Below the pieces are notes generated by a model. That model was given only the letters and a program-made list of their open reading frames with translations, searched no databases and had not been told where the DNA came from. A program made the position numbers and the translations under genes. A stretch of 64,000 bases of DNA from Octopus vulgaris (lineage: Eukaryota), in NCBI GenBank assembly GCA_951406725.2, contig OX597822.1, forward strand, positions 79,732,001-79,796,000. The letters run 5' to 3'. Each line of letters starts with the position of its first letter. The stretch's first letter is position 1. Below, piece by piece: positions 1 to 12,970 of the stretch.

Positions 1-109
1 ATATAAAATTTCAACCTTCCCCGCCGAAACTAGGAAGTGATTTACGACCCTCACCCCCAAAACAAAACTCTAAAACCTATTATCAGACATTTATCTCTAT
101 ATCACAAAA

Positions 110-1410
110 CACCAATCATGCACATTCATGCGCTCACACACGCACACACACGCACACAGACACATGTATATACACACACTCGCACCATGTATGCGCGCAC
201 ACGCACACAACACCAAGACAATCACACACACGATTGACAAACGAGCACACATATATACACACACCATCCTACAAAATCTCTAAAAAAACACACATCCATT
301 TACACCACAATGGACCCTGGGACCATTCAAAAACAGCCCACACACAAACACATGTATACATACACACACACAAAGACACATACACCCACACCATATATAC
401 GCACACAAACACATACTCAATACCAACACATACAAAACGCATATACACACACACGCCACACAGATACACCCAACGGACATGGACACACATACGAACAAAC
501 ACATACACATGAACACACACGCAACACACTAACAAACATTAACCATACACACACACACACAAGCGGGCACACATATATACACACACCATCCTACCAAACT
601 TTTAAAAAACACACATCTATTTACACCACAATGGACCCCGGGACCAATCTAAAACAGCCCCCCCCACACAAGCACATATATACATATATATACACACACA
701 CAAAGACACACACACAGCATTCTGACTTCCACACAGACACACATATACACACGCAGCACCATGCCAAATGCCATCCACACACATACATACATCCACACAC
801 ACACACACGCAACACCAAGACAATCACACACATGGTTGACAAACGGACACACATATACACACACCATCCTACCAAATTTCTAAAAAACACACATCTATTT
901 ACACCACAATGGACCCAGTGACCATCCAAAAACAGCCCACACATACACACATAAACACATGTATACATATATATACACACACAAAGACACATACACCCAC
1001 ACCATATATACGCACACACACAAACACATACTTAATACCAACACACGCAAAATGCATATACACACACATGCCACACAGCTACACTCAACAGACATGGACA
1101 CACATACGAACAAACACATACACACTAACGCACACGCAACACACTAATAAACATTAACTACACACATACACACACACACACACAAACGGGCACACATATA
1201 CACACACCATCCTACCCCAAAACATTCTTTAAATAACACACATCTATTTACACCACAATGGACCCTGGAACCAATCAAAAACAGCCCCCCCCCACACACA
1301 AACACATGTATACATATATACACACACACTCACACCAATCTGACCTCTATACAGAGACACATATACACACGCAGTTCCATGCCAAATGCCATCCACACAC
1401 ATACATACAT

Positions 1411-1445
<35 letters not shown>

Positions 1446-1590
1446 ACACCAAGACAACCACACACGCGGTTGAAAAACGGACATACATATACACACACCA
1501 TCCTACCAGATCTTACAAACACACAGACACAACTATTCAATCCACATATGTATATACACACACACACACACAAAGACACACACACTCACC
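110..1590 (+). repeat. Degenerate CA-rich tandem repeat with alternating ~280-350 bp subunits (period ~600 bp); probable 3' region of a Penelope-like element
   Basis: The motif TACACCACAATGGACCC recurs with its ATG at 310, 631, 909 and 1258. The downstream 1590-2306 resembles the 3' end of the Penelope at 22220-22830. Confidence 0.75.
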
Positions 1591-2470
1591 CTGTCCTGAC
1601 CCCTAAATCATTGATGCTTGAAGGAGAGACAAAAAAAGGGTAAATTCTTTTCAGTTCCGCATTACTCCTTCTTTTTCCCCCAACCAAACATACCTACTGT
1701 GTCCCTTGAAATAGATAATATTCTTTAACGCTACCATGGCGGACAGGTCAGTTTTAGCTTCACTACTATTATAATGTAAATCTTTTTGAACTCATAATAT
1801 TCTGTACGTGTATACTGGACTTTTTTAATAATTCCTTCTGGAAATTATCTTGAGAATGTATAATATATTTGTTGTAATCTTTTGTGCCCGTTATTTCAAT
1901 GAGCTTGTGAAACTTTTTTATATTCTCAACATGCTCTTGTCACCAAAAAATGTATATTTATATGGATTGTAGTACTCTGTGTCAACCAATATTCTGTGCA
2001 TGTTTGAATATACAGATACAATACCAATACCAATATCAATTCCTTCTGGAAACTATCTTAAGCATGTCCTTGAGAATGATTATTTATGTAGCAATCTTTT
2101 GTGCTCAATATTTTAAGGAACTTGTTGAACTTTTTTGTGTCCTTAACATGTCCCTGTTACCAAAGACTGTATATATGTAATGTAGCAATTTGCAACAACC
2201 TATAATTAACGCAACCAAACTTCTACATGTTACTTTTGACAATCTTTCTCCAAAGAGTGAAACCGGTAAAGTAAATAAACATCTTTTAAATTGCATTTTC
2301 AAACCTCCTTGTGTAGCATGTCCTGTACTTCGTTTTTCTGCTGCACCTAATTGTTTTTCCCGTTTTCGTTTTCGTTTCGTCTTGTTCCACGTCTCTGTCC
2401 TTCTGTTGTAACAAAATGTCTTCTCCGTTTTCGTTCTGTTGATTTTTTCGTCTTCTTGTGATGTCCTGTA
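1590..2470 (+). mobile_element. Penelope-like element 3' pseudo-LTR remnant
   Basis: 2170-2217 matches 22450-22497. 2232-2306 is near-identical to 22755-22829 (TTGACAATCTTT..AAAGAGTGAAACCGGT..AAATTGCATTTTCAAACCT). It is followed by (TA)n. Confidence 0.7.
2230..2274 (+). ncRNA. Minimal type I hammerhead ribozyme, variant core (U3-A8)
   Basis: Stem I TTACTT/AAGTAA, core TTGACAA, stem II TCTTT-ctcc-AAAGA plus GT, GAAA, palindromic stem III ACCGGT, cleavage triplet GTA. Confidence 0.65.
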
Positions 2471-2562
2471 CGTATATATATATTTATATATGCATGTATA
2501 TATACATGTAGATGTCGGTACGTACATATATGTTTGTATGTATGCATATATTTTATTTATTA

Positions 2563-2628
<66 letters not shown>

Positions 2629-2649
2629 TCTTATTCTTATTATAATTAA

Positions 2650-2992
2650 TATATAAAGGATTAAGGTAACTCCTCCTGAAGATTTAGAATCAAAATTAAA
2701 AGAAGAGTGCCATTGTTATCTAATGAACGATATTTCGACATCTCGCGTGTCTTCAAACGGTTCAAAAATTGAATTTGTCAATCTACTTCATTTTGATTAA
2801 TATTAATATATAAAGGATTGAGGCAACTCCTCCTGAAGATATAGAGTCAAAATTTAAAGAAGAGTGCCTGCCATTGTTATCTAATGAACAGGACGAGTTA
2901 CCTCAATCCTTTATGTATTAACCAAAATGAAGTAGATTGACAAATTTATTTTTTGAACCAGTTGAAGACACACGAGATGTCGAAATATCGTA

Positions 2993-2993
<1 letters not shown>
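2650..2993. mobile_element. Short rearranged Penelope-type pseudo-LTR fragments (direct plus inverted duplication) with decayed hammerhead-like motif
   Basis: 2650-2728 is repeated at 2808-2889. 2728-2835 is inverted at 2892-2991. The motif GAAC-CAGTTGA-A-GACA..TGTC-GAAA-TATC-GTAT lies at 2955-2993. Confidence 0.45.
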
Positions 2994-3062
<69 letters not shown>

Positions 3063-3074
3063 CATTATTATTAC

Positions 3075-3105
<31 letters not shown>
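2994..3105. repeat. (TAT)n/(TAA)n microsatellite at the 3' end of the R4/Dong element
   Basis: Read directly from the sequence. Confidence 0.95.
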
Positions 3106-3108
<3 letters not shown>

Positions 3109-4029
3109 TAGTTTTATTTTTATAGCGTGCTTTCATTTCACTACCGAGCGCAGCTCTGTGTGCCTTAGGTATGTGCTGTGATTTGTTGTGATGCTCTGAT
3201 GGTTATTGTATGGAAAGTGTTCTGCGTAGGATGTGTGCAGTGCCTAGTAGTGCAATTTTCTGTATGTTATATGTGTTTGTAAGTCCTGGTGTTTTTGTTA
3301 TGTATTTGTCTGAACATTTTTTTATCATGCCTAATGCACCTACTATGATAGGAATTGTTTCTGTTTTTAGATTCCACATTCTGGTTACCTCTATTTCCAG
3401 GTCTTTGTATTTTGAGAGTTTCTCCATTTCTTTTAGAGACACGTTGTCATCTGCCGGTATTGATACATCAATTAGAAAGCATTTTTTTCTTCATGATCTC
3501 TGACAACTATATCTGGTCTGATGGCCTTAATTTCTCTATCTGTGTGTATCGGCATATCCCAGAGTATGGTTGCTTTCTCGTTTTCTGTGACCTTTTCTGG
3601 TGTGTGCATATACCATCTTTTTTCTGTTGTTATTCCATAATGTTGGCATAGCTTCCAATGTATGTAGGTTCCAACTCTGTCATGTCTGTGAATATATTCC
3701 TTCTTAGCCAGGACTGGGCAGCTAGAGATAATATGATTTATTGTTTCTTGTCATATTCTGCAGTTACTTGTTACATTTCTTTTCATTACATGTTTTTGGT
3801 AATTTCTGGTGGGGAGGCTTTGGTCTTGTGCTGCAATTAAAAATCCCTCTGTCTCTGCTTTGAGTCCTGGGCTTCTCAACCATTGCTGGGATTTTTCTTT
3901 GTCTATTTCTTTTGCATTTAGTTTAGTCCAGTATTTGCCATGAAGGGGCTTTTCTTGCCATCGTTTTATCATGTTTCGTTGCTGTTCTATTTTTAGTTTG
4001 GATTTCATTTGTTTTATAGCTTTTGTTGT

Positions 4030-4158
4030 TTCTTCTTCTTCTTCTTCTTCTTCTTCTTCTTCTTCTTCTTCTTCTTCTTCTTCTTCTTCTTCTTCTTCTT
4101 CTTCTTCTTCTTCTTCTTCTTCTTCTTCTTCTTCTTCTTCTTCTTCTTCTTCTTCTTC
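4030..4158 (-). repeat. (GAA)43 microsatellite, in frame as poly-Glu within the retrotransposon ORF
   Basis: Manual translation reads ..KYKQEIIPPNKY-(E)43-TTKAIKQMKSKLK.. in one frame. Confidence 0.9.
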
Positions 4159-7100
4159 ATATTTATTAGGTGGTATGATTTCTTGTTTGTATTTGTCAGC
4201 TTCCTTAAATACTGAGAACAGTTTTTTGTTTTGCTCGTGTTTTGCCGCTATTTGTATCAGTTTTCCTTCCTTCTGAAGTAGATATTTTTGCAGTCCTATG
4301 GTGGTTATTTTATATTAGTTTTCCAGCTGTATAAAGCCTCTACCACCTTCTATACGTTGTATATATAGTCTTTCTATGTCAGATTTTGGGTGATGCATCC
4401 TAGATCCTGTCATTATTTTTCTTGTTTTCCTATCTATTTTGGTCAGTTCATTTAGTGTCCAGTTAAGGATATTGTAGCTGTAACTTATAACTGGGACAGC
4501 TAAAGTGTTGATACCTATTATCTTGTTTTTAGCATTGAGCTCTGTTTTTAGTATTGATCTAACTCGTCTATAATATTCTTTTTTTATTTTCTCTTTCATT
4601 TGTGTGTGTTGTGTCTTATCTAGTTCATGGATTCCTAAGTATTTGTAAGTTTGGCTTTGGTCTAATTCTTTTATTTCATTGGTTTTATCTAGTGTGATGT
4701 TGCTACTCTTGACTAGTTTTCCTCTTTTCATGGTTACTTTGGCGCATTTTTCTAATCCAAATTTCATATCTATTTCTTTGGTAAATCCATGAACTGTCTT
4801 TAATAGTGTTTCCAGCTGTTTTGTCATTTGCAGCGTATAGTTTTAGGTCATCCATATATAAAAGGTGGCTGATCGTTTTGCCGTAACATTTATATCCGCA
4901 TCCAGTTCTATTTAGCATATCAGATAGAGGTGACAGTGCCAAGCAGAAAAGGAGTGGAGAGAGCGTGTCTCCCTGGAATATTCCTCTTCTAATGGGGATG
5001 GCTTTGGTTTTCATGAGTCCCTCTTTTGTTTGGAGCTGTAGCACTGTTTGCCATTTATTCATAGAGTGCCCTATGAATTTTATAAGGGTTGGTGCTACTT
5101 TGTTAATGGCTAGTGTTTCGAGGATCCATGTGTGGGGGATGCTATCAAACGTCTTTTTGTAGTTGATCCAGGCCATACTAAAGCCTTTCTTTCTGTGGTT
5201 GTCTTCAGTTACGGCTTTATTAATTATTAGTTGATCTTTACAGCCATATGAGCCTTTGCGGCATCCTTTCTGCTCTTCTGGAAACAGGTTGTTTTCGTCC
5301 AGGTGCTTGTTCAACCTTTGCGATATCACTGCAGTAAATGCCTTGTACATTGTAGGGAGACAGGTTATTGGTCTGTAGTTTTCTGGTTTTGCTGTCTCAT
5401 TTGATTTGGGAATTAAGATGGTTTTCCCCTTCGTGAGCCATTCAGGCATTGTCTCTGGCTCTGCTAGTATGTTGTTAAAGTTTTCAGCCAGCTTTTTGTG
5501 CATTCCTGTTAGATATTTCAACCAGAAGTTGGGGATCTTGTCATGCCCAGGTGCCTTCCAGTTGCTTAGTCTTTGCAGTGCCTGGGTGACCTCTTCAGTT
5601 GTTATGGGGGTCCACAGTTGCTCAGATACTGAGTTTGTTGTTTTAATACTCCTTTTTGTTTTTGGTTGTTCGTTCGCCGACCATATTTCTCTCCAGAATT
5701 CTTCCACTTCTCCTGCCGTTAGTGCTGCAGTGATTTCTATTTTATTTTTGCCAAGTTCTTGGTAGAACTTTTGGGGTTGGAGTTGAACTTTTTGTTTTGT
5801 TCAAAGAAGCGCTGGCGTTTCTCGTACCGGCGGATCTTTTGTGCTTTGGCAAGGATATCTTGCTTCAACTTTTCTTTTATCTCAGGTAAATCTTTTTCTG
5901 TGATGTTGTATTTGCGGAGTACTTTTGTTTTCTTTTTGTTGCTCAGTAGCGTTGATTGTCTACTGATTTCATTAAGAATCGACAGATCTTTTCTCATTTT
6001 TTGTATTTTGTTTTGGATGTTATTTATCCACAGGGTTTGTTTGGGTAGTGGTACTCCTGTTTCGATGGGTTTGAGTGAGTATCCAGCTTCTTTTGTGGCT
6101 GCAATGGCTGCTGCGTATACTAAGTCATTTAGCTCAGTGATATCGCTTTTTGTTTCAGTGGCTATTAGTTCCGTGACGGCTAGGTTTATGCTGTCTATAA
6201 TTGGTGTTGTTGTTTCGTCTATTTTGATTTTTGGGAGGTATGGTCGGTGGTCCATTTTGAGCTCTGTGGTTTTCAGTTCTTTGATTATTTTACTTTTTAT
6301 ATTATCATAATCATTAGGCTCCCCTTCGTTCTTTCCAGGTTTTAGCTTTGTGTCGCTTTCTTTCTTATTTATATGTTTGTTTGCCGTGTGTTGGCTTGCT
6401 GTTTGTCGTGTATTATTATGCATCCTTACGGTCTGGGTTTGTTGTTTTTTTGCTTATATCGTGTTTGTTGGGAATGTTACGTTTGTCTTCGTGTTTTACT
6501 GTTTCAGTGTTTATATTATTGGGCATTGTTGTGTGGCTTCTATCTACATTTTCCTGGTGTATTTTTTCTTTTAGATGTTCTATTTCTATTTCTGATATTT
6601 TTTTTTGCGTTGAGAATGTATCTTAGTACGTTAGCTAATTTATTAGGGTTCATTGTTGTATCCAAGTCTATATTTATGTTATTTTCCTTCCATCTTTTAT
6701 ATGTATGTGTTGTTGTGTTTTCATTTCTTGGGTAGAGCACTGCTGTGAAGTATGCGTGTAGGATAGAAATGTATTCCTCACGTGTCCATTTATGTCTCTT
6801 GGGTTTTATTTGCGGGACATGAGGAACAACGTCCGGCCCATTATTTTGACGGTCGTCATTTTCGTAGGGTACCGGTCCGTTCATTTCTGTTGTCACATTG
6901 TTTTGCACGTGTAGTTTTTCGTACATTTTGTGTTGTAAGTTTAAAGTACGTACCTCCCGATTGTTATTCTTGGGTTGAATAATATCGGTGGTATTTAATT
7001 TCTTCGTAGTTCCTTTGTACATGGTGTTTGGAGTCGGGGATGATCTGGTGTCGATGGATCGTAATGTTTCACGCATGTTTACACGTGTTGTGTTAGAGGT

Positions 7101-7278
7101 GGAGATGATATCGAGTCAAAATACATCATCTCGTTTCGAAAATAGTAATAAATTTCAATTAGTATTACTTACTCGGATACAGTCCAATCCTTTGCTACTA
7201 AATCTTTGGCTTCATACGATGTCCTTGTTTTCGATGTTTGTGGATAGATTTCGGAGCTCTGTTTTATCCTTCTTACAT

Positions 7279-7450
7279 CTTAAACGTCCCCCGGTGTTCT
7301 CTTAAACGTCCCCCGGTGTTCTCTTAAACGTCCCCCGGTGTTCTCTTAAACGTCCCCCGGTGTTCTCTTAAACGTCCCCCGGTGTTCTCTTAAACGTCCC
7401 CCGGTGTTCTCTTAAACGTCCCCCGGTGTTTCTTAAACGTCCCCCGGTGT

Positions 7451-7452
<2 letters not shown>
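7279..7452 (-). repeat. 22-bp minisatellite, ~8 copies (CTTAAACGTCCCCCGGTGTTCT), at the 5' terminus of the R4/Dong element
   Basis: Units start at ~7279, 7301, 7323, 7345, 7367, 7389, 7411 and 7432, with no spacers. Confidence 0.95.
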
Positions 7453-7618
<166 letters not shown>

Positions 7619-8178
7619 GATTGAACGCTAAGCAGCCATTTCGAAGTAAGTTTATCTTAATAATTTTAATGCGACTCTACTCTGTACTGTTCTCTTTCTC
7701 CCCCTTTCGTTTTCTTTCTCTAATTCTTTTTCTCTCCTTCACCGTTTTCTAACTGTCTTTTTCTCCCTTCCTCCTTTACTCTCTCTCGTTGCTCACATAT
7801 GACCATCACCCATCTTTCTTTTCCTCACGTGATCACCTTTCTTTGCCTTCATTCCCAAAATTTAAAGGTCAAAATCCGCAATGCGTACTATATACGAAGT
7901 TTAAAATGAAAATTATTTTCTAAGCAATGTCCGAGTCTCTATTTGCTGTCCGGCAATGTTTATTCAGACGCATTTTGTGATGTCGGGCGCGAAAATACTT
8001 TAAACTAAGCCTGAAAGCAATGAAGTCATGAAAGAATCATCCACAACATGCAGTAAGTAACATTTATTAAATGTTATTACTGTTATTACTGTTATTTCTT
8101 TATTTTCTGCAAACAAAATGCACAAAAACGCTACACGTTTGCATTATGTTATATATATACAATAATATTAAAGGACGT

Positions 8179-8345
8179 TACCGTATACATTTTTACAAAC
8201 CAAGGACATTATATAGACCTCCTTGTCTCAAGTTAGAGAAGGGGTGCGTATAATACACAAGTTCTAGGTTTTTCAGAGGTACAGCCCCCTAAAAATTCCC
8301 TGCGTATTATACACAAGGGCGGACTATACTCGAAGATTTACGGTA
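8179..8345. mobile_element. Tc1/mariner-superfamily (pogo/Tc2-like) MITE remnant
   Basis: Termini TACCGTA...TACGGTA with internal GCGTATAATACAC / GCGTATTATACAC / GCGGACTATACTCG subterminal motifs. Confidence 0.55.
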
Positions 8346-8360
8346 TATATTTAATCTAAG

Positions 8361-8423
8361 CTGAAGAAGACTTCGTCTAGCAAATTATTCTATTTACTAA
8401 AAAAAAGTCTGAAACCATTGGTC
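8361..8423 (+). ncRNA. Hammerhead ribozyme motif (canonical core, degenerate stem I)
   Basis: CTGAAGA, stem II AGACTT..AAGTCT, GAAA, stem III ACC-att-GGT, cleavage triplet GTC. Confidence 0.55.
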
Positions 8424-8520
8424 CAGGAGTTAGATGGTAAATGTTTTTATTTTTCATTCCCTTCGAAACTAGCGTGCAAGGAATCCTATGATGGATACCT
8501 CTTACGTGTTTAAATGCACA

Positions 8521-8577
<57 letters not shown>

Positions 8578-9211
8578 ATGGAAGAAATGGAGTTGAACGA
8601 AGATTGTACAGAATTCCTTTTATTACATTCTACACATGTTTCAAAGGCCACAATTTTCCAAATTCTGATTAAATAAGGATGCCATATTGCAGCTTTCTCT
8701 TCAGGAAAAACCAGGAATTACGTTGTCAGAACAAAACAAAACAGAGGCGCAGCAAAGCAATTCGAACGAGGACGCTCCTTAAGAGCCCATGGATAAACTG
8801 TTTATCAGTGTACGTTGAAATCGGGGGAGGGGGGTTGGTGGGGGCCGACAAAAGGTCTGTTGGAATACTGACAGGTCAGGCCGCGGTCAAATCTAGTAGG
8901 TGAGGAATTACTGAGAACAAGGGGTGTGGAGATGTTCTGTGTGACCAAAACTAATGTTCTGAATATTTAAAGAATATTTAAAGAATATAGAGAGTCCTAA
9001 TAGCAACTTTAGCATCGTTTCCGGCAATAGCAGGTCCACGGATACTAGAAATTACAGCGTTCTCACTGATAGGGAATACACAGGGGATAGTCCGTTAATT
9101 AATAGTGATAATGGGGAGTATAATGTAGTAGGCGGCCGCAGTTCTCACAGTCAATATAGTAACAGAAACGCAGTATTAATATCAGAAGCTAATCCCAATA
9201 GAATAAGGTTC

Positions 9212-9601
9212 TTGTCTAGTAACTCCAAGATCAGAAATGCCATTTACCAATGCAATGTTTATACGGATTCAGATGTCTACTCGTATGTCGGGGCCTCATC
9301 GTCAAAATTGGCCTTGAGAATATCGAACCATTTCGCAACTTTTCGCGACGTTAATAAATACCAAGCTACAAGACTTAGCAAACTTATCTGGCGTTTGAAG
9401 AACGCGAATTCAGTTTTTAGGCTGGAATGGTCGATTTTGTCGGTGGCCCTCCCGTTTGATAGGGGCAGAAGGAGGTGTAATCTTTGTAACTCTGAGCTTT
9501 TCCACATATTGTTCGCCAGAGGACGTTTGGTAAACGGGCTTTTACAGACGGCTTTTCTATGTCCCCATTGGCGGCGTCATACTTATCTTACATATAAATG
9601 A
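9212..9601 (+). pseudogene. Penelope GIY-YIG endonuclease domain fragment
   Basis: NAIYQC..YVGAS..LALRISNHFATF..TRLSKLIWRLK..WSIL..CNLCNSE, typical of Penelope-like element endonucleases. No upstream RT is present. Confidence 0.85.
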
Positions 9602-10238
9602 TACCTTAGACAATTAACACCTTGTTACCCTATTAAAATGAAAATAATTTTTGAAAAAACTTTTTAAAAAAATCTCTGAATAACTCTTGCAAGGGGAAAT
9701 TACTCCCCTTAGGCGATTGGTCGGTTTTTTGTTTTTTTATAAGCAAACGCTGGAATTATATACCCTTATGATTCTTTGACGATGTTAATTTTTAGACAAG
9801 CAGGCCACAGACGAACACACGGACACAGAAATTTTTTCAGCAGCCTGACAGGCTTTTTTCAGCAGTGATCATTATCTAGCGCCCCTCGCCAACATACGGG
9901 GGCGCTCACATAGGCTAGTATACACATACATGCTTTTAGGTAGGTTTTGTCTCGCCCCTAGAAAATACACCCTGTATTCTTTAAATATCCAGAACATTAG
10001 TTTTGGTCACACAGAACATCTCCACACCCCTTGTTCTCAGTAATTCCTCACCTACTAGATTTGACCGCGGCCTGACCTGTAAGTATTCCAACGGACCTTT
10101 TGTCGGCCCCCACCAACCCCCCCGATTTCAACATACACTGATAAACAGTTTATCCATGGGCTCTTAAGGAGCGTCCTCGTTCGAATTGCTTTGCTGCGCC
10201 TCTGTTTTGTTTTGTTCTGACAACGTAATTCCTGGTTT

Positions 10239-10318
10239 TTCCTGAAGAGAAAGCTGCAATATGGCATCCTTATTTAATCAGAATTTGGAAAATTGTGGCC
10301 TTTGAAACATGTGTAGAA
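10239..10318 (+). ncRNA. Hammerhead ribozyme with long stem II (mirror copy on the minus strand at 8628-8707)
   Basis: TTC-CTGAAGA-GAAAGCTGCAAT..ATTGTGGCCTTT-GAAAC-ATGT-GTA-GAA, with palindromic ACATGT in stem III. Confidence 0.7.
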
Positions 10319-10544
10319 TGTAATAAAAGGAATTCTGTACAATCTTCGTTCAACTCCATTTCTTCCATTCACTAATTATATTAAACTTCAATTATCCGCA
10401 CCAACGCACGGTTGCAACACCATATGGTCTTATCTCCAACCGTGTTTTTTTCTGCTGTGATTTTTGCTACCCAGGTATCGGTTAAACTTTTGAATAATCT
10501 GTAACAAGAAAATTCATCTTTCCATTTCAACAAACAAATATATA

Positions 10545-10795
10545 TATATATATATGTGTTAGTGTGTTTGTGTGTGTGTATACATTTATGTATTTTTGAG
10601 TCTGTGTTTGCCCCATCATCACTTGACAACTAATGTTAGTGTGTTTACGTCCCCGTAACTTAGCAAAAGAGACCGATAGAATAAGTACTAGGCTTACAAA
10701 GAATAAGTACTGAGGTCGATTTCTTCCACAAAAAATACCCTTTAGAGCGGTACTCCAGTATGGCCGCAGTCAAATGACTGAAACAAGTAAAAAAA
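10545..10795 (+). mobile_element. 3' half of a tRNA-derived CORE-like SINE
   Basis: Matches the reverse complement of 31385-31570 (GTGTTTACGTCCCCGT..GATAGAATAAGTACT..GGCCGCAGTCAAATGACTGAAACAAG). Confidence 0.7.
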
Positions 10796-10819
10796 TATAC
10801 AATACATACATACATACAT

Positions 10820-12970
10820 GCCCAAGCATTATCTCCCTATGCAACACGGCGTTGTCGCAAAAACAATATACATTCGAAAAATAACTGTCCTAGAGTAAAT
10901 ATAGAGAACCCCGCTGTTATTGAATGCATACACAAAGATCAACACAGGAAATACTAGTGGAATATTCCCATCGAAACATTTGTCAAATGTAAACATAACA
11001 GGCCAGATTGATTTGTTTACGACAGACAAAGGAAAGTATGTAGCATCATAGAGATCAATTGTTCCGCTGATGTGAACATCTCTTTGACAATCAAAGAGAA
11101 AGATAATAAGTATGGACAATTGCTTCGAATCCCTCAGCTTCTATATCCAGATTATAAATTCAAATTTATATCAATAATAATTGGTGCATTTGGTTTGGGT
11201 AAATACCAAAACTGATAATCTAGATAATCTAGGATTTTCAGAAAAAGAAATTAACCAATACGCACATTACAAATACTATCTGTCAGTGGAAACCATAATA
11301 CTTAAAAGAAAAGAACATACATACATACATACATACATACATACATACATACATACATACATACATACATACATACATACATACATACATACACATACAT
11401 ACATACATACATACATACATACATACATACATACATACATACATGCAAAGAATATGTATGAGATGAAAAAGAGCGTTGACCTAGATACAACATTCTGAAA
11501 GGATGTAGGGTTGGAGTTTGGTCAGGGTAAATGTTATATGGTTGTGAAAAGGGGGAAAACTATAAACCAGACTAATAACATCTGCAATAATTTGACTGTT
11601 TCTCTTGCATCTGACGAAGAATTTTACAGGTATCTAGGAGTGGATGAAAATATATCTTACAATGGCATCTGTAACAAAACACGTGTCCCTAAAGAATAAT
11701 TCAACCGAATAAAGAAAATTTGGACTTCAAAACTCTCTGCATTCAATAAAACAGTGGCTCACAATGTGTTTGCCGTGCCAGTACTCATACCAACATTTGG
11801 GCTCTTGATTAGACACTTGATAAGATTCGAGCCATTGATGTGAAAACCCGGAAAATACTAACAAGCACACATAAATTACACAAACACAGTGAGATAGACC
11901 GCCTCTACCTAGAACGAAAACAAGGCGGCAGAGGCTTAACATCGATCCAAAATGCTTTTGAATGTCGCACCACATCCCTTCGGCAACATCTTTTAACGAC
12001 AAAACGTTGAAGTGCATCCCTTGACCAAGTCTGCATACATGAGGCTGATAACGTCATAAGACTTGGAAGGCAACTCCTTGAGCAACATTCCTTGTCTGAT
12101 AACCTAGAATACACCCCCAAATAAGTCACACAACTTTACCGCAACGTGTCATCAAATGAAAGGATGAGCCTATATGAGCAGAAGATTATGCATGGATTTG
12201 TTAGTAGAAAGCTCCGAGATGATAACAACATCGATTATCAAAGCAGTTTATCATGCACAGTTGTGGAAATTAGCTGCCCAGCGGTTAAAGCTGAAGATCA
12301 GGGAAAAAGAGAACACCCATGCTGAACTATTGAGAAATCTGTAGTTACTCTATCTCGATTACATGTTCAGGCTTATACCTGTAATTAACGGAGCCCGAGG
12401 ATTTGTAACATACTGCCTAAATACTAATCTTAAGAAATTAGGCTTCTCAAAACCAGAAAGGTGAAAGCTAATTCGAAGACTACAGATCCAATCTATCACT
12501 GGAACTGTAAAAATCTGGTAAACTTTCCAGGAATTTATCATTTAAATATATAAGAGCATGTCTGGATATGTAACTATATCCATGAGAATACATACCTAAA
12601 AATACAAATCAGCACATACATACATGCATACATGCAAATATACATACATACATACATACATACATACATACATACATACATACATACATACATACATACA
12701 TACATACGTACGTACGTACATACATACATACATACATACATACATACATACATCATACATACGTACATGCATTCATACAAACAAAAATACCCTGTTGTTG
12801 ATGTTGAAATTCTAATGAAGGAATCTTGGATGTAGGTTAGAAACCGGTTCTTTCTCTATTGGCAGAAATCTAGAAATAAACTGAATAATGACATACATAC
12901 ATACAAAAATATCCCGTTGATGTTGAAATTCCAATGAAGGAGCCTTGGATCTGGGTTAGAAATCGGGTCA
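10820..12970 (+). mobile_element. Two decayed R4-like non-LTR retrotransposon fragments bounded by (ATAC)n tracts
   Basis: Translates to RHGVVAKTIY, KCKHNRPD, KYGQLLR..IIIGA (endonuclease), YRYLGVDE, AHNVFAVPVL, RLYLERKQGGRGL and LQIQSITGTVK. (ATAC)n lies at 10800, 11315-11445 and 12615-12775. Confidence 0.75.

Larger units (their letters stand above)
3106..7452 (-). mobile_element. R4/Dong-clade non-LTR retrotransposon (RT + CCHC + restriction-like endonuclease), near full length, inactivated by stops and frameshifts
   Basis: ORF fragments 6540-7076, 5737-6423, 4703-5707 (KAPGHD, NYRPITCL, EQKG, RGIFQGDTLSPLLF, YMDD), 4315-4827, 3751-4008 (PLHG..AAQDQ..CRI) and 3203-3442 (KYKDL..IPIIVGALG..QKIALLGTAHILRR). 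It is flanked on both sides by (TAA)n, the known Dong target. Confidence 0.92.
8572..10374 (+). mobile_element. 5'-truncated Penelope-like element with ~400-bp inverted pseudo-LTRs
   Basis: 8572-8975 is the reverse complement of 9975-10374. There is an internal GIY-YIG ORF, a hammerhead in each arm, and (TA)n on the left flank. Confidence 0.88.

Noticed and set aside
37-1643. Many His/Thr- or Cys/Val-rich ORFs here and at 16100-17650, 20830-22340, 31680-31970 and 44280-47115
   Set aside because: These are stop-free translations of CA/GT/TA/ATAC microsatellites with no domain content.
7279-7452. CRISPR-like array
   Set aside because: The units are contiguous with no unique spacers, and the context is eukaryotic with no cas genes.
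12805-12860. Hammerhead-like CTAATGA..GAAACCGGTT in the R4-like 3' UTR
   Set aside because: The essential G5 is absent, the second copy reads CCAATGA, and stems I and II are unconvincing.
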